A DNA stretch of 64,000 nucleotides from Candidatus Latescibacterota bacterium (lineage in GTDB: Bacteria > Latescibacterota > UBA2968), in the NCBI GenBank assembly GCA_965204745.1, contig OZ242010.1:3168001-3232000 (forward strand), given 5' to 3'. Shown piece after piece: positions 1 to 8,728 of this stretch. The translations under genes and the position numbers were made by a program. How positions within the stretch are numbered: position 1 is the first letter of the stretch; every line of letters starts with the position of its first letter. The notes below the pieces were generated by a model, which was not told where the DNA came from, made no database searches, and was given only the letters and a program-made list of their open reading frames with translations.

Positions 1-45
1 AAATCAATTTCGTATTATCTCTCGCCATTCACCTGTGGTTGCTTT

Positions 46-1155
46 ATGAACGATCCTCCATTTCAAAACGCGACGATTGCCATTGTGGGCGTGGGGTTGA
101 TCGGTGGGTCCCTGGGGTTGGCGTTTAAGCGATTGGGCATTGGGCGCGAGATCCTGGGCATTAGCCGCGCCGAAACCCTGCGCGAGGCCCGCGCGCTCAA
201 CGCCATTGACGCGGGTTGTGAATACGCCGCGATAGACAATGGCATCAAACGGGCCGATCTGGTGTTTTTGTGTTCGCCCATTTCGCGCATCTTGGCGCAG
301 TTGCCCCAAGTTCTGAACGCGGCGTCGCCGGGGTGCATCGTCACGGATGTGGGCAGTACCAAGGCCGAGATTGTCGCGTGTGCAGAACGGGCGTCGCGCA
401 AAGGCGTGCATTTTGTGGGTGGGCATCCCATGGCCGGGTCCGAAAAGACCGGGGTGGGCGCGGCAGATCCCTTTTTGTTTGAAAACGCGCTGTACGCGTT
501 CACGCCTGCGTGCGGTGTGCCCGACGAAATTGTGGACGCGCTCGTCTCGCTGGTGCAATGTCTCGGCGCGCGGGCCATGTGCATGACCGCTGAAACGCAC
601 GACCAGGTCGCGGCTACGGTGAGCCATTTGCCGCAACTGATGGCGACCGCCCTCGTCGGCTTGGCGGGCAGGCGCAACGAAGCGGATGGCCTCCCCCTGC
701 AAATGGCCGCGGGCGGGTTCCGGGATATGACGCGCATTGCGTCTAGCCCTTATGCCATGTGGCGCGACATCTGCCAGACCAATGCCGGCCCCATTCGGGC
801 GATGATCGACGCGTACCTCGCCGCGCTCGCAGCCATCCGAGACAAGGTCGATCAAGACGCACTCGCAGCGGATTTTGACTATGCCAACCGGGTTCGCGGG
901 GGCATTCCCAAAGATTCCAAAGGGTTCTTGCGTCCGCTTTGCGAAATTTTGCTCGTGGCAGAGGACAAGCCCGGGGTGATCGCCGACGTGGCGTCTCGCC
1001 TGTCTGCCGAGGGGATCAACATCGAAGATATCGAAGTGCTGAAAGTCCGCGAAGGCGAAGGTGGCACGATTCGGATGGGCTTTGGGCAACGCGCAGATGC
1101 GGCGCGATGCGTGGCGATTTTGCAAGACGCGGGCTATCATGCGCGGTTGCGTTAG
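46..1155 (+). CDS. tyrA: Prephenate/arogenate dehydrogenase with C-terminal ACT domain
   Basis: GVGLIGGS Rossmann motif, TDVGSTK, GGHPMAGSE, HD..SHLPQ, GFRDMTRIA; ACT motif EDKPGVIA. Confidence 0.93.
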   Translation: MNDPPFQNATIAIVGVGLIGGSLGLAFKRLGIGREILGISRAETLREARALNAIDAGCEYAAIDNGIKRADLVFLCSPISRILAQLPQVLNAASPGCIVTDVGSTKAEIVACAERASRKGVHFVGGHPMAGSEKTGVGAADPFLFENALYAFTPACGVPDEIVDALVSLVQCLGARAMCMTAETHDQVAATVSHLPQLMATALVGLAGRRNEADGLPLQMAAGGFRDMTRIASSPYAMWRDICQTNAGPIRAMIDAYLAALAAIRDKVDQDALAADFDYANRVRGGIPKDSKGFLRPLCEILLVAEDKPGVIADVASRLSAEGINIEDIEVLKVREGEGGTIRMGFGQRADAARCVAILQDAGYHARLR

Positions 1156-1171
1156 GCGATGGGAGAACGGT

Positions 1172-1822
1172 ATGTACGCGGTTGAAGAAGCGCGTGGGCT
1201 TGTGGGCGAATGCGAGGTGCCGGGGGATCCCGATACCGCGCTGTACTTGCTCGGCGCTGCGGCGATGCTACCGCGGTCAGACTTGACCCTGTACGGCATC
1301 TGCGACGCGTGGAAGACCCGCCGCGCCCTGGACTTGTTGCGCCGAATAAACGCCCAACTGGACATTCGCGTGACGCGCTCAAAATCAAAATCCACGGTTC
1401 GCACGGTCCATGTCAAAGGCTCTGAACTGCGGCGCACGCGCCTAGCCGGTGAGCAAACCGCGCTGTTTCTGCAAGAAATCCCGTTCCTCGCTGCACTGGG
1501 CACACAGGCCGCAGGGGAAACCGTGATCCGCGATGCCGAACAGTTGCGCCACGGCGAGATCGACCGCCTGTCCCTGCTCATTCAAAATTTGCGGCAGATG
1601 GGGGCGCGAGTCGGCGAGATGCCCGACGGCTTGGTCGTACAAGGCCCTGCACGCCTTCAGGGCGCAGAGGTCAACGCGGGCGACGACGCACGGATGGCCC
1701 TTGCCCTTGCCCTCGCCGGTCTCGCTGCCGAGGGCGAAACCCGCGTGCTCAATCCGGGAACGATGTGCCGCGACTTTGCCGAGTTATTTGCCCGTTTGTC
1801 AACCCTTGTCAAAAAGAGGTGA
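1172..1822 (+). CDS. Half-length EPSP synthase (AroA)-like protein, degenerate active site
   Basis: ATG at 1172 after GGGAGA; VPGD, EIPFLAALG..AAGETVIRDAEQLR, PDGLVVQG and DARMALA resemble the AroA C-terminal domain; only 216 aa. Confidence 0.75.
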   Translation: MYAVEEARGLVGECEVPGDPDTALYLLGAAAMLPRSDLTLYGICDAWKTRRALDLLRRINAQLDIRVTRSKSKSTVRTVHVKGSELRRTRLAGEQTALFLQEIPFLAALGTQAAGETVIRDAEQLRHGEIDRLSLLIQNLRQMGARVGEMPDGLVVQGPARLQGAEVNAGDDARMALALALAGLAAEGETRVLNPGTMCRDFAELFARLSTLVKKR

Positions 1823-1826
1823 GATC

Positions 1827-1985
1827 ATGAAAATCCTGTTCAAACTCGCGTGCTGTGCCGTTTTGCTCATTCTGAGCGGCGTGGCGTTTATCCGCTATAC
1901 TTATAGCTGCTCGTGGAGAGAGAGCTTTGACATCGCAGATGAATTTGTAGATGAATTGCTCGGCGGAGGGAAGGGTGAGAGGTGA
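1827..1985 (+). CDS. Small protein (52 aa) with N-terminal hydrophobic helix
   Basis: ATG 1827 after GAGGTGAG; MKILFKLACCAVLLILSGVAF hydrophobic stretch; directly follows the aroA-like stop. Confidence 0.5.
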   Translation: MKILFKLACCAVLLILSGVAFIRYTYSCSWRESFDIADEFVDELLGGGKGER

Positions 1986-2072
1986 GAAGGGAGACGGGAG
2001 AGGTGAGAGGCAAGAGGCAAGAGGTGAGAGGCAAGAGGGACGCCCAACGCCCAACCGTTCAAGCAATCAGTT
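1975..2072. repeat. Purine-rich heptamer repeat (GAGAGGC/GAGGCAA) plus conserved tail; inverted copy at ~17966-18050
   Basis: cgcccaacgcccaaccgttcaagcaatcagt is nearly the reverse complement of actgattgctcaaacggttgggcgttggg at 17966. Confidence 0.75.
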
Positions 2073-2114
2073 GTCCGTTGTCCAACACCGCGCCGATAGC
2101 CTCTCCGCCCCACC

Positions 2115-2460
2115 TTGTCTGAATCGCGGATTAAACGGATTAGGGGATTGCGCGGATTACCCCCCACATCCCCTCCGCCGCTTCATCCTTCCCCCTCCGC
2201 AGTGTCCTTCGCACGCCCCACCGCAAAACCTATCCCCCCGGCCCCCTTTCCTACGAGGAAAGGGGGAGCGCATGACCGTTTGAAGGTTTGGCTCCCTGGC
2301 TGTTCTGATGGCTTTGAGCGAATGGATCACGCCATAGAAACCCAAAAACCTCTCGCCATTCCCCTCGCAAGACCTCTCGCCATTCCCCCCTTCCTCACAG
2401 GCACAGGCGTAGCCTACAACGAAGCGTAGCGAGTAACGGGGCTAGGGGGGTAGGTCCCAA
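2115..2460. repeat. REP/MITE-like composite palindromic element (copy 1)
   Basis: Long inverted copy at 33705-34095 and partial copy at 17630-17850; hairpin cccctttcctacgaggaaagggg; ends ggggtaggtcc. Confidence 0.8.
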
Positions 2461-2551
2461 TAAACTGACCACTGACCACTTGGGCGGTGGCGGGGTTGCC
2501 TCACCTCTCCCGTCTTACGTCTCACTGAAGGGGGTTGGGCGAGGTGGGAAC

Positions 2552-2588
2552 TGACCACTGACCACTGACCACTGACCACTGACCACTC
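2552..2588. repeat. (CTGACCA)n heptamer tandem repeat
   Basis: Five copies immediately before the aroE start; two more at ~2465-2480. Confidence 0.9.
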
Positions 2589-2589
2589 C

Positions 2590-3462
2590 ATGAACATTCA
2601 CGCAACAAGCCAAGTGCTCGGCGTTATTGGGGATCCGGTAGGGCATTCGTTTTCCCCCGATATGCACAATGCCGCTATCGCCGCATTGGGGATAGACTAT
2701 TGCTACGTGGCGTTTCATGTGCGGCCCGAGCGCGTGAGAGAGGCGATCCATGGCATGCGCGGGTTGAATATCCGCGGCCTGAATGTGACCATTCCGCACA
2801 AGTTGGCGGTGATGGAACACCTGGATCGCATTTCAGAAGAAGCGTTGGCCGTGGGCGCGGTCAATACCATTTCGCATGAAGATGGGGCGTTGGTGGGATA
2901 CAATACCGATGGGTATGGCATTTTGACCGCGTTGCGCGAAAGCGCAGGGATCGAGACATTGCCCGCGCAATGCGTGGTGCTCGGCGCAGGTGGTGCGGCG
3001 CGTGCCGTGACGTACGCGCTGGGCATGCAGGATGCTGTGCAACAGGTGACGATTTTGAATCGCACGGTAGCGCGGGCCGAGTCCCTGGCAGTGGATATGG
3101 AAAAAATCACCGGGAAGAAGATCGCGGTGGGCGCGTTGGATGCCGAGACGCAACGCAGCTCATTCGCCGACGCAGGCGTGGTGGTGAACGCGACGTCGCT
3201 GGGCATGTACCCCCATGTCGATGCGTCTCCCCTTGCGGATGTGCGCGCAGTGCATTCGGAGTTGGTGCTTTTCGATACCGTGTTCAACCCGTTGGAGACG
3301 CAGTTGATGCGCGCGTTCAAATCAATCGGCGCGCCTGCTTTTGGTGGGTTGGATATGCTGGTCTTTCAAGGGGCGCGGTCCTTTGCGATCTGGACAGGTG
3401 TCGAACCGCCCACGGATGTGATGAAGAACGCGGTTGTCAAACGGGTGCGCCGTGAAGCATAA
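2590..3462 (+). CDS. aroE: Shikimate dehydrogenase
   Basis: GDPVGHSFSP, NVTIPHK, GAVNT, NTDGYG, GAGGAA, NRT, NATSLGM, MLVFQG. Confidence 0.95.
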   Translation: MNIHATSQVLGVIGDPVGHSFSPDMHNAAIAALGIDYCYVAFHVRPERVREAIHGMRGLNIRGLNVTIPHKLAVMEHLDRISEEALAVGAVNTISHEDGALVGYNTDGYGILTALRESAGIETLPAQCVVLGAGGAARAVTYALGMQDAVQQVTILNRTVARAESLAVDMEKITGKKIAVGALDAETQRSSFADAGVVVNATSLGMYPHVDASPLADVRAVHSELVLFDTVFNPLETQLMRAFKSIGAPAFGGLDMLVFQGARSFAIWTGVEPPTDVMKNAVVKRVRREA

Positions 3463-4219
3463 GACGCAAAACGAGAGACTCGCGCGCGAGGTGTTGACAG
3501 AGCGGGAAGCCAAGCGCGTTTTTGTGCGGCAGATATTCGACCGCATTGCGCGCAGGTACGATTTGCTCAACCACCTGTTGAGCCTGGGCATCGATGTTCT
3601 GTGGCGAAAAAAAGCCATTGACCACTTGCACCCTGCACCGCGCTGGCGGGTTTTGGATTTGGCCACGGGCACGGGCGATTTGGGCTTTGAAGCGGGCAAC
3701 CGCCACCGGGATGTGCAGGTGATCGGCGCGGATATTTCGCTGCCGATGTTGCGCCGAGGCATGCACAAAAACGCATCGCGGGCACATCCGGTCGCGTTCC
3801 TGTGTGGGGATGGCGAGTGCCTGCCCTTTGCCGATGGCACATTTGACGGGGTGACGATTGGGTTTGGCATTCGCAACATGGCGTCGTTGGATGCCGCGCT
3901 CGAGGAGATGTGCCGCGTGCTCAAGCCGGGTGGGCGCGTGGCGGTGCTCGAGTTTTCAAGGCCGCGTACCCCGGTGTTTCGCGGGCTTTACAATTTTTAT
4001 TTTGAACACATCTTGCCGCGCATTGGGCAGTTCGTTTCCCGCGATCCCAATGCGTATCGCTATTTGTACGAGTCCGTGATGCGCTTTCCCGAAGGCGATG
4101 CGTTCTGCCGATACATGGCCAATGCGGGCCTTGTCGATGTGCAGACGATTCGGTTGACCTTTGGGATCGCGACCATTTATTTGGCGTCAAAATCCCAAGG
4201 CGAAAAGCCGTTGCGGTGA
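3452..4219 (+). CDS. ubiE: Demethylmenaquinone/ubiquinone C-methyltransferase (MenG/UbiE)
   Basis: FDRIARRYDLLNHLLSLG, LDLATGTGD, FGIRN, RVLKPGG, YRYLYES; GTG start at 3452 inferred. Confidence 0.92.
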   Translation: MKHKTQNERLAREVLTEREAKRVFVRQIFDRIARRYDLLNHLLSLGIDVLWRKKAIDHLHPAPRWRVLDLATGTGDLGFEAGNRHRDVQVIGADISLPMLRRGMHKNASRAHPVAFLCGDGECLPFADGTFDGVTIGFGIRNMASLDAALEEMCRVLKPGGRVAVLEFSRPRTPVFRGLYNFYFEHILPRIGQFVSRDPNAYRYLYESVMRFPEGDAFCRYMANAGLVDVQTIRLTFGIATIYLASKSQGEKPLR

Positions 4220-4313
4220 AAGACGCGAAAACCGCCTATTAGCAAATGTGTTGCTTGCTGATTTAAGGCGTTTGGTCCTACAGCCTCGTTGGTTGCCTCC
4301 GATGCCTTCGGCG

Positions 4314-4346
4314 ACTTACTTTTTTTCAACAGCAAAAAAAAGTAAG
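4314..4346. repeat. AT-rich inverted repeat (cttacttttttt...aaaaaaaagtaag)
   Basis: Near-perfect hairpin in the ubiE-argS spacer. Confidence 0.55.
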
Positions 4347-4635
4347 CAAAAAATGCCGCTCTCAAACGCCGAGAGGCTTGCACAGCGCAAATCGCTTTTG
4401 TAGCAGGACGACATGCGTCAGCCTGCAAGGTGGGTTGCATAATGGATGTTGATTGCGAAACGGACTTGCGCGCTGTGCGTGATGGCTTGATCGGAGGGGG
4501 TTTTGCGATGGCATTTGTTGTGATGCCTTCTTTGAACTGCGGAACGGCAGTGAATACGATGCAACAAAAGTGAGAATGCTGAAGCAACGACTGTTTCAGT
4601 TTCTCAAAGTTCTGATAATTCCTTTGAGAGGTCTT

Positions 4636-6342
4636 ATGGTCCATTCCTTTGTCGAAGAAATCGCATTGCAGGTGTCAACCGCGACCGAGATGCCCGCCGA
4701 TGAGGTGATGGCATTGATCGAAACGCCGCCGAAACCGGATCTGGGGGATTACGCACTGCCGTGTTTTGCACTGGCGAAACTTCTCCGCAAAGCGCCGCAT
4801 CTCATCGCCCGAGAACTGGCTGGACAAATTGCCACCGGGGGGCGCATTTCAGACGTGCGTCCCACAGGGCCGTATCTCAACTTTTTTTTGTCCAAGACCC
4901 ATCTCGTCGCCGAAACCCTATCGGAGATTCTCGATCAGGGCGCGGATTACGGGCGCAACGATGCGGGCGTGGGCAAGACCATTGTGATCGATTTTTCGCA
5001 TCCCAACATCGCCAAGCCCTTTGGCATTCACCACTTGCGATCCACCGTGATCGGCAACGCGCTTCGCAATATTTACCGCGCATTGGGGTACGAAGTCGTG
5101 GGCGTGAATCACTTGGGCGATTGGGGATCGCAATTTGCCAAACTCATTCTCGCGTGGAACTACTGGGGCGAGGGCGAGTTGACTGCGGATATTACCATTC
5201 AAAAATTGTTGGCGCTCTACGTCCGCATTCACGAGGAAATCGAGGACAATCCCGAATTGGAACGCGAAGCCCGCGCGTGGTTTCGCCGCCTCGAAGCCGG
5301 GGATGCAGAAGCCGTGCGGATGTGGCAGGTGTGCGTGGATGTGAGTTTTAAGGAGTTTGACCGGGTGTACAAGATGCTGGACATTGGGTTTGAGTCTATC
5401 GCGGGCGAGAGTTTTTATCAGGACAAGATGCCCGCGGTTTTGGCGCAGTTGCGGGAACAGGGCCTGTTGACCCAAAGCGGCGGCGCGAGCATCGTGGATT
5501 TGGAAGCGTGGGACATGCCCCCGTTTATCGCATTGCGAAGCGACGACGCGACCCTGTACGGCACGCGCGATTTGGCCGCGCTGATGTATCGGTGGAAAAC
5601 CTACCGCTTTGAAAAATTGCTCTACGTGGTGGATGTGGCGCAGGCACTCTATTTTCGGCAGTTGTTTCAGGTGCTGGAACTGATGGGGTGCGATTGGCGC
5701 GACAAATGCGCGCATGTGCAATTTGGTCGCCTGCGATTCAAAGGCGGCGGCGGGGCGTCCACGCGCAAGGGCAATGTGATTTTTTTGGAAGACGTGTTGA
5801 CCCGCGCCATTGAATTGGCGCGAGGGATCATGGCCGATAAAAATCCCGATTTGCCAAACCGCGAGCAGATCGCCCAAGATGTGGGCATCGGCGCGATTAT
5901 TTTTGCGGATTTGGATTCCAAGCGCGCGCGCGACGTCGTGTTCGATTGGGACGAGGTGCTCAATTTCAATGGCGAAACCGGGCCTTATGTGCAATATACC
6001 CACGCGCGGTATTGCAGTGTGTTGCGCCGCTATGCAGGCCCCTTGCCCCCGCGGGAGGTGGATTTTGAGTTGCTGTGCGAACCGGAGGCCATCGAGGTGG
6101 TCAAGTGCCTCGCGCGGTTCCCCGGTCAGCTTCAAAAGGCTGCGGACGAGTGCGAACCGTCTGCGATAGCCGGGTTGATGATCGAGTTGTGTACGGTCGC
6201 CAACCGGTTTTACAATGCCCACCAAGTCCTTTCCGCCCGCGCGGAGTTGACCGCGGCTCGGGTCGCGCTGGTCTATGCGATCAAAACCGTGCTGGCCTCT
6301 AACCTGGCCTTGCTCGGGATGAAGGCGCCAGAGCAGATGTGA
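4636..6342 (+). CDS. argS: Arginine--tRNA ligase
   Basis: DFSHPNIAKPFGIHHLRSTVIG (HIGH region), NHLGDWGSQF, STRKG, GETGPYVQYTHAR, C-terminal EQM; ATG 4636 after GAGAGG. Confidence 0.96.
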   Translation: MVHSFVEEIALQVSTATEMPADEVMALIETPPKPDLGDYALPCFALAKLLRKAPHLIARELAGQIATGGRISDVRPTGPYLNFFLSKTHLVAETLSEILDQGADYGRNDAGVGKTIVIDFSHPNIAKPFGIHHLRSTVIGNALRNIYRALGYEVVGVNHLGDWGSQFAKLILAWNYWGEGELTADITIQKLLALYVRIHEEIEDNPELEREARAWFRRLEAGDAEAVRMWQVCVDVSFKEFDRVYKMLDIGFESIAGESFYQDKMPAVLAQLREQGLLTQSGGASIVDLEAWDMPPFIALRSDDATLYGTRDLAALMYRWKTYRFEKLLYVVDVAQALYFRQLFQVLELMGCDWRDKCAHVQFGRLRFKGGGGASTRKGNVIFLEDVLTRAIELARGIMADKNPDLPNREQIAQDVGIGAIIFADLDSKRARDVVFDWDEVLNFNGETGPYVQYTHARYCSVLRRYAGPLPPREVDFELLCEPEAIEVVKCLARFPGQLQKAADECEPSAIAGLMIELCTVANRFYNAHQVLSARAELTAARVALVYAIKTVLASNLALLGMKAPEQM

Positions 6343-6360
6343 TGTTTGGGGGAGAACGCC

Positions 6361-6933
6361 GTGGTTGATCTGCCTGACAAACCCATTTTTGTAACGGGAT
6401 TTATGGCGACCGGAAAGACCCGAGTCGGGCGCGTTTTGGCCGCGCGGTTGCAACGGGCTTTTGTCGATACCGACGAGTGGGTGGTCGATGCCGCGGGCAA
6501 GACCATTCCGGAAATTTTCGCCCGAGATGGCGAGGCCGCGTTTCGCGCTTTAGAGCACCGAGCGATCCGCGAGGCATCGCAGATGGGCCGCGTGGTCGTT
6601 TCTCTCGGCGGCGGCGCCATCGCGCAAGCATGCAACTGGGACGTGATTCGCGCGTCCGGCGTCTGCCTGTGCCTCCGCGCTTCTGTGCAGACGATTTTTG
6701 AACGGGTCAACCGCAAGCGCGACAAAAGGCCCTTGCTGGCCGGGCTGGACGACGAGGGGCTAAAAAACAAAATTGTCGAGATGCTCGCAGAACGCGAACC
6801 CTTTTACGCCCGCGCCGATGCGTTCGCAACCTCGACGAATGACCGCACCCCCGAAGCCACGGCAACACTGGCACTCAAAGCATTACACACCTCCGCAGAG
6901 GAAATGCGAAAAGCATGGCTGAAGAGAGGATAG
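6361..6933 (+). CDS. aroK: Shikimate kinase
   Basis: GFMATGKT P-loop, FVDTD, GEAAFR, SLGGG, RPLL, REPFY. Confidence 0.94.
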   Translation: MVDLPDKPIFVTGFMATGKTRVGRVLAARLQRAFVDTDEWVVDAAGKTIPEIFARDGEAAFRALEHRAIREASQMGRVVVSLGGGAIAQACNWDVIRASGVCLCLRASVQTIFERVNRKRDKRPLLAGLDDEGLKNKIVEMLAEREPFYARADAFATSTNDRTPEATATLALKALHTSAEEMRKAWLKRG

Positions 6934-7265
6934 CCAAAGCCACCCATGTTGCGGTGACGGATGATACGCTCAGCGTCAGACTCGGCGACGGGCACTGCAT
7001 TCACGCGCCGTTGGATGGATATCCGCGATTGGTTCACGCGACGCCAAAGGAACGAAACAACTGGCGGTTGATCGCCGATGGCGAGGGGATCCATTGGGAG
7101 GACATCGACGAGGATATCAGGGTTGAAAATCTGATGGCTGGTCGGGGATCCGGCGAAAGTGCGCGTTCCTTCAAGCGATGGCTCAAAGCAAAAAATGAGG
7201 AACGTGGCCTCACCCTGTACGAACTTCGCCAAACCGAACAAGGCGAAGGAGGAGAATCGCGATGA
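6915..7265 (+). CDS. DUF2442-like small protein (putative antitoxin)
   Basis: V.L.DG.....PL..YPRL.HATP.ER.NW.LI.DG.GIHWEDIDEDI pattern. Confidence 0.8.
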   Translation: MAEERIAKATHVAVTDDTLSVRLGDGHCIHAPLDGYPRLVHATPKERNNWRLIADGEGIHWEDIDEDIRVENLMAGRGSGESARSFKRWLKAKNEERGLTLYELRQTEQGEGGESR

Positions 7266-7305
7266 GCGATGACATGAGCACGACACGAGAAAGGAGCGCG
7301 TCACC

Positions 7306-7566
7306 ATGCCATATACCGATTATACGCCCGGGGAAGTCGCATCGCGGGGCGAGAAAATTTACGGGCAACGCATAAGCGACAAAGTCGAGGCAGAGCATCG
7401 GGGCGAGTTTGTGGTTATCGACATCAAAACCGGGGAATACGAAATTCACTCGGACGATTTGGTCGCCACGAAACGCCTGCTCGTCAAGCATCCAAATGCG
7501 GTCGTTTACGGTCTGCGAATCGGATTCCACTCCGCGTACCGAATCGGCAAAATTTCTCCGTTCTGA
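7306..7566 (+). CDS. Small hypothetical protein (DUF5678-like)
   Basis: RBS AAGGAG; RGEKIY...HRGEFVVIDIKTGEYEI...RIG pattern. Confidence 0.65.
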   Translation: MPYTDYTPGEVASRGEKIYGQRISDKVEAEHRGEFVVIDIKTGEYEIHSDDLVATKRLLVKHPNAVVYGLRIGFHSAYRIGKISPF

Positions 7567-7622
7567 TATGAAGCTGGATGCGGATAAGATAAAATCAAAT
7601 TGATATGAGATTGGAAGTTGCA

Positions 7623-8720
7623 ATGGAAACCGTGACTGTGCAGTTGGATGCGCGGAGTTATGATATTTTGATCGGCCGCGAGTGTTTGGGCGATTTGGGG
7701 CAGGTGTATGTGGAGCGCGGGTTGGGCGGGACAGCGGCCATCGTGACCAACCCCATTGTTGCTACGCATTATCTCGAGCGGGTTCAGCAGAGTCTTGCGC
7801 GGGTGGGCGTGAAGGTGGTGGTCGTCAGGGTGCCGGATGGCGAGCAGTACAAGACCCTCGAAACGGCTGCGCGCATCTATGGGGACCTCATCGAGGCCGG
7901 GCTGGATCGCCAAGCCTGCATCGTCGCGCTCGGCGGCGGGGTGATCGGCGACATGGCCGGGTTTGTCGCAGCGACGTATTTGCGGGGAATCGATTTTGTG
8001 CAAGTGCCCACGACATTGGAAGCGCAGGTCGATGCTAGCGTGGGCGGCAAAACCGCTGTGGACCACGTCTTGGGCAAAAACATGATCGGCGCGTTTCACC
8101 AGCCGAAGTTCGTGCTGATAGACACGGTCACCCTCGACACCCTGCCCAAACGCGAGCTACGCGCCGGGCTGGCCGAGGTGATCAAGCACGGCATCATCCG
8201 AGACCCCGGGTTGGTGGCATTTTTGGAAGACCACATCGAGGGCGCGGCAACCCTTCGCCTGCCCGCGGATCAGATCAACTGGCTGATCGCGCAACAGTGC
8301 CGCATCAAAGCCGAGGTGGTGGCCGCGGATGAAACCGAGAAGGGCCTGCGCGAAATTTTGAATTACGGGCACACAGTAGGGCACGCCTTGGAGGTGGTGA
8401 CGCAGTACGCGCATTACAAACACGGCGAGGCCGTCGGTTTGGGCATGGTCGCGGCCGGCGCGATTGCGGTGCAAAAGGGAATGTGGGCGCAGGAGGAATT
8501 TGATCGGCAAAACGCGCTGATCGCGCGCTTGGGCATGCCCGAATGCGTCCCGGATTTGCAGGTCGATGGGGTCTTGGCGCGAATGGCGAGCGACAAAAAA
8601 GCGCGGGATGGGGTCATCCGCTTTGTGTTGCCCGAGCGGATCGGGAAAGTCGCGTTGCGAGACGATGTGACGCGCGCGGAAATCGCATCCGGGATTCGGT
8701 ACATGCAGGCGTTGGGCTAG
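7623..8720 (+). CDS. aroB: 3-dehydroquinate synthase
   Basis: DGEQYK, ALGGGVIGDMAGF, VPTTL..QVDASVGGKT, KNMIGAFHQP, LNYGHTVGHALE, HGEAV, DKK. Confidence 0.97.
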   Translation: METVTVQLDARSYDILIGRECLGDLGQVYVERGLGGTAAIVTNPIVATHYLERVQQSLARVGVKVVVVRVPDGEQYKTLETAARIYGDLIEAGLDRQACIVALGGGVIGDMAGFVAATYLRGIDFVQVPTTLEAQVDASVGGKTAVDHVLGKNMIGAFHQPKFVLIDTVTLDTLPKRELRAGLAEVIKHGIIRDPGLVAFLEDHIEGAATLRLPADQINWLIAQQCRIKAEVVAADETEKGLREILNYGHTVGHALEVVTQYAHYKHGEAVGLGMVAAGAIAVQKGMWAQEEFDRQNALIARLGMPECVPDLQVDGVLARMASDKKARDGVIRFVLPERIGKVALRDDVTRAEIASGIRYMQALG

Positions 8721-8728
8721 GAGATCTC

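Noticed and set aside
1809-2429. Short ORFs across repeat-rich spacers (also 17506-17970, 33695-34228, 48271-48960)
   Set aside because: Translations of heptamer and palindromic repeats (SPLASCL, RLRLCLRG), with no RBS or family motifs.
4220-4635. T-box riboswitch upstream of argS
   Set aside because: No recognisable T-box sequence (GGTGG.ACCGCG) or antiterminator/terminator pair; the hairpin looks like a dispersed repeat.
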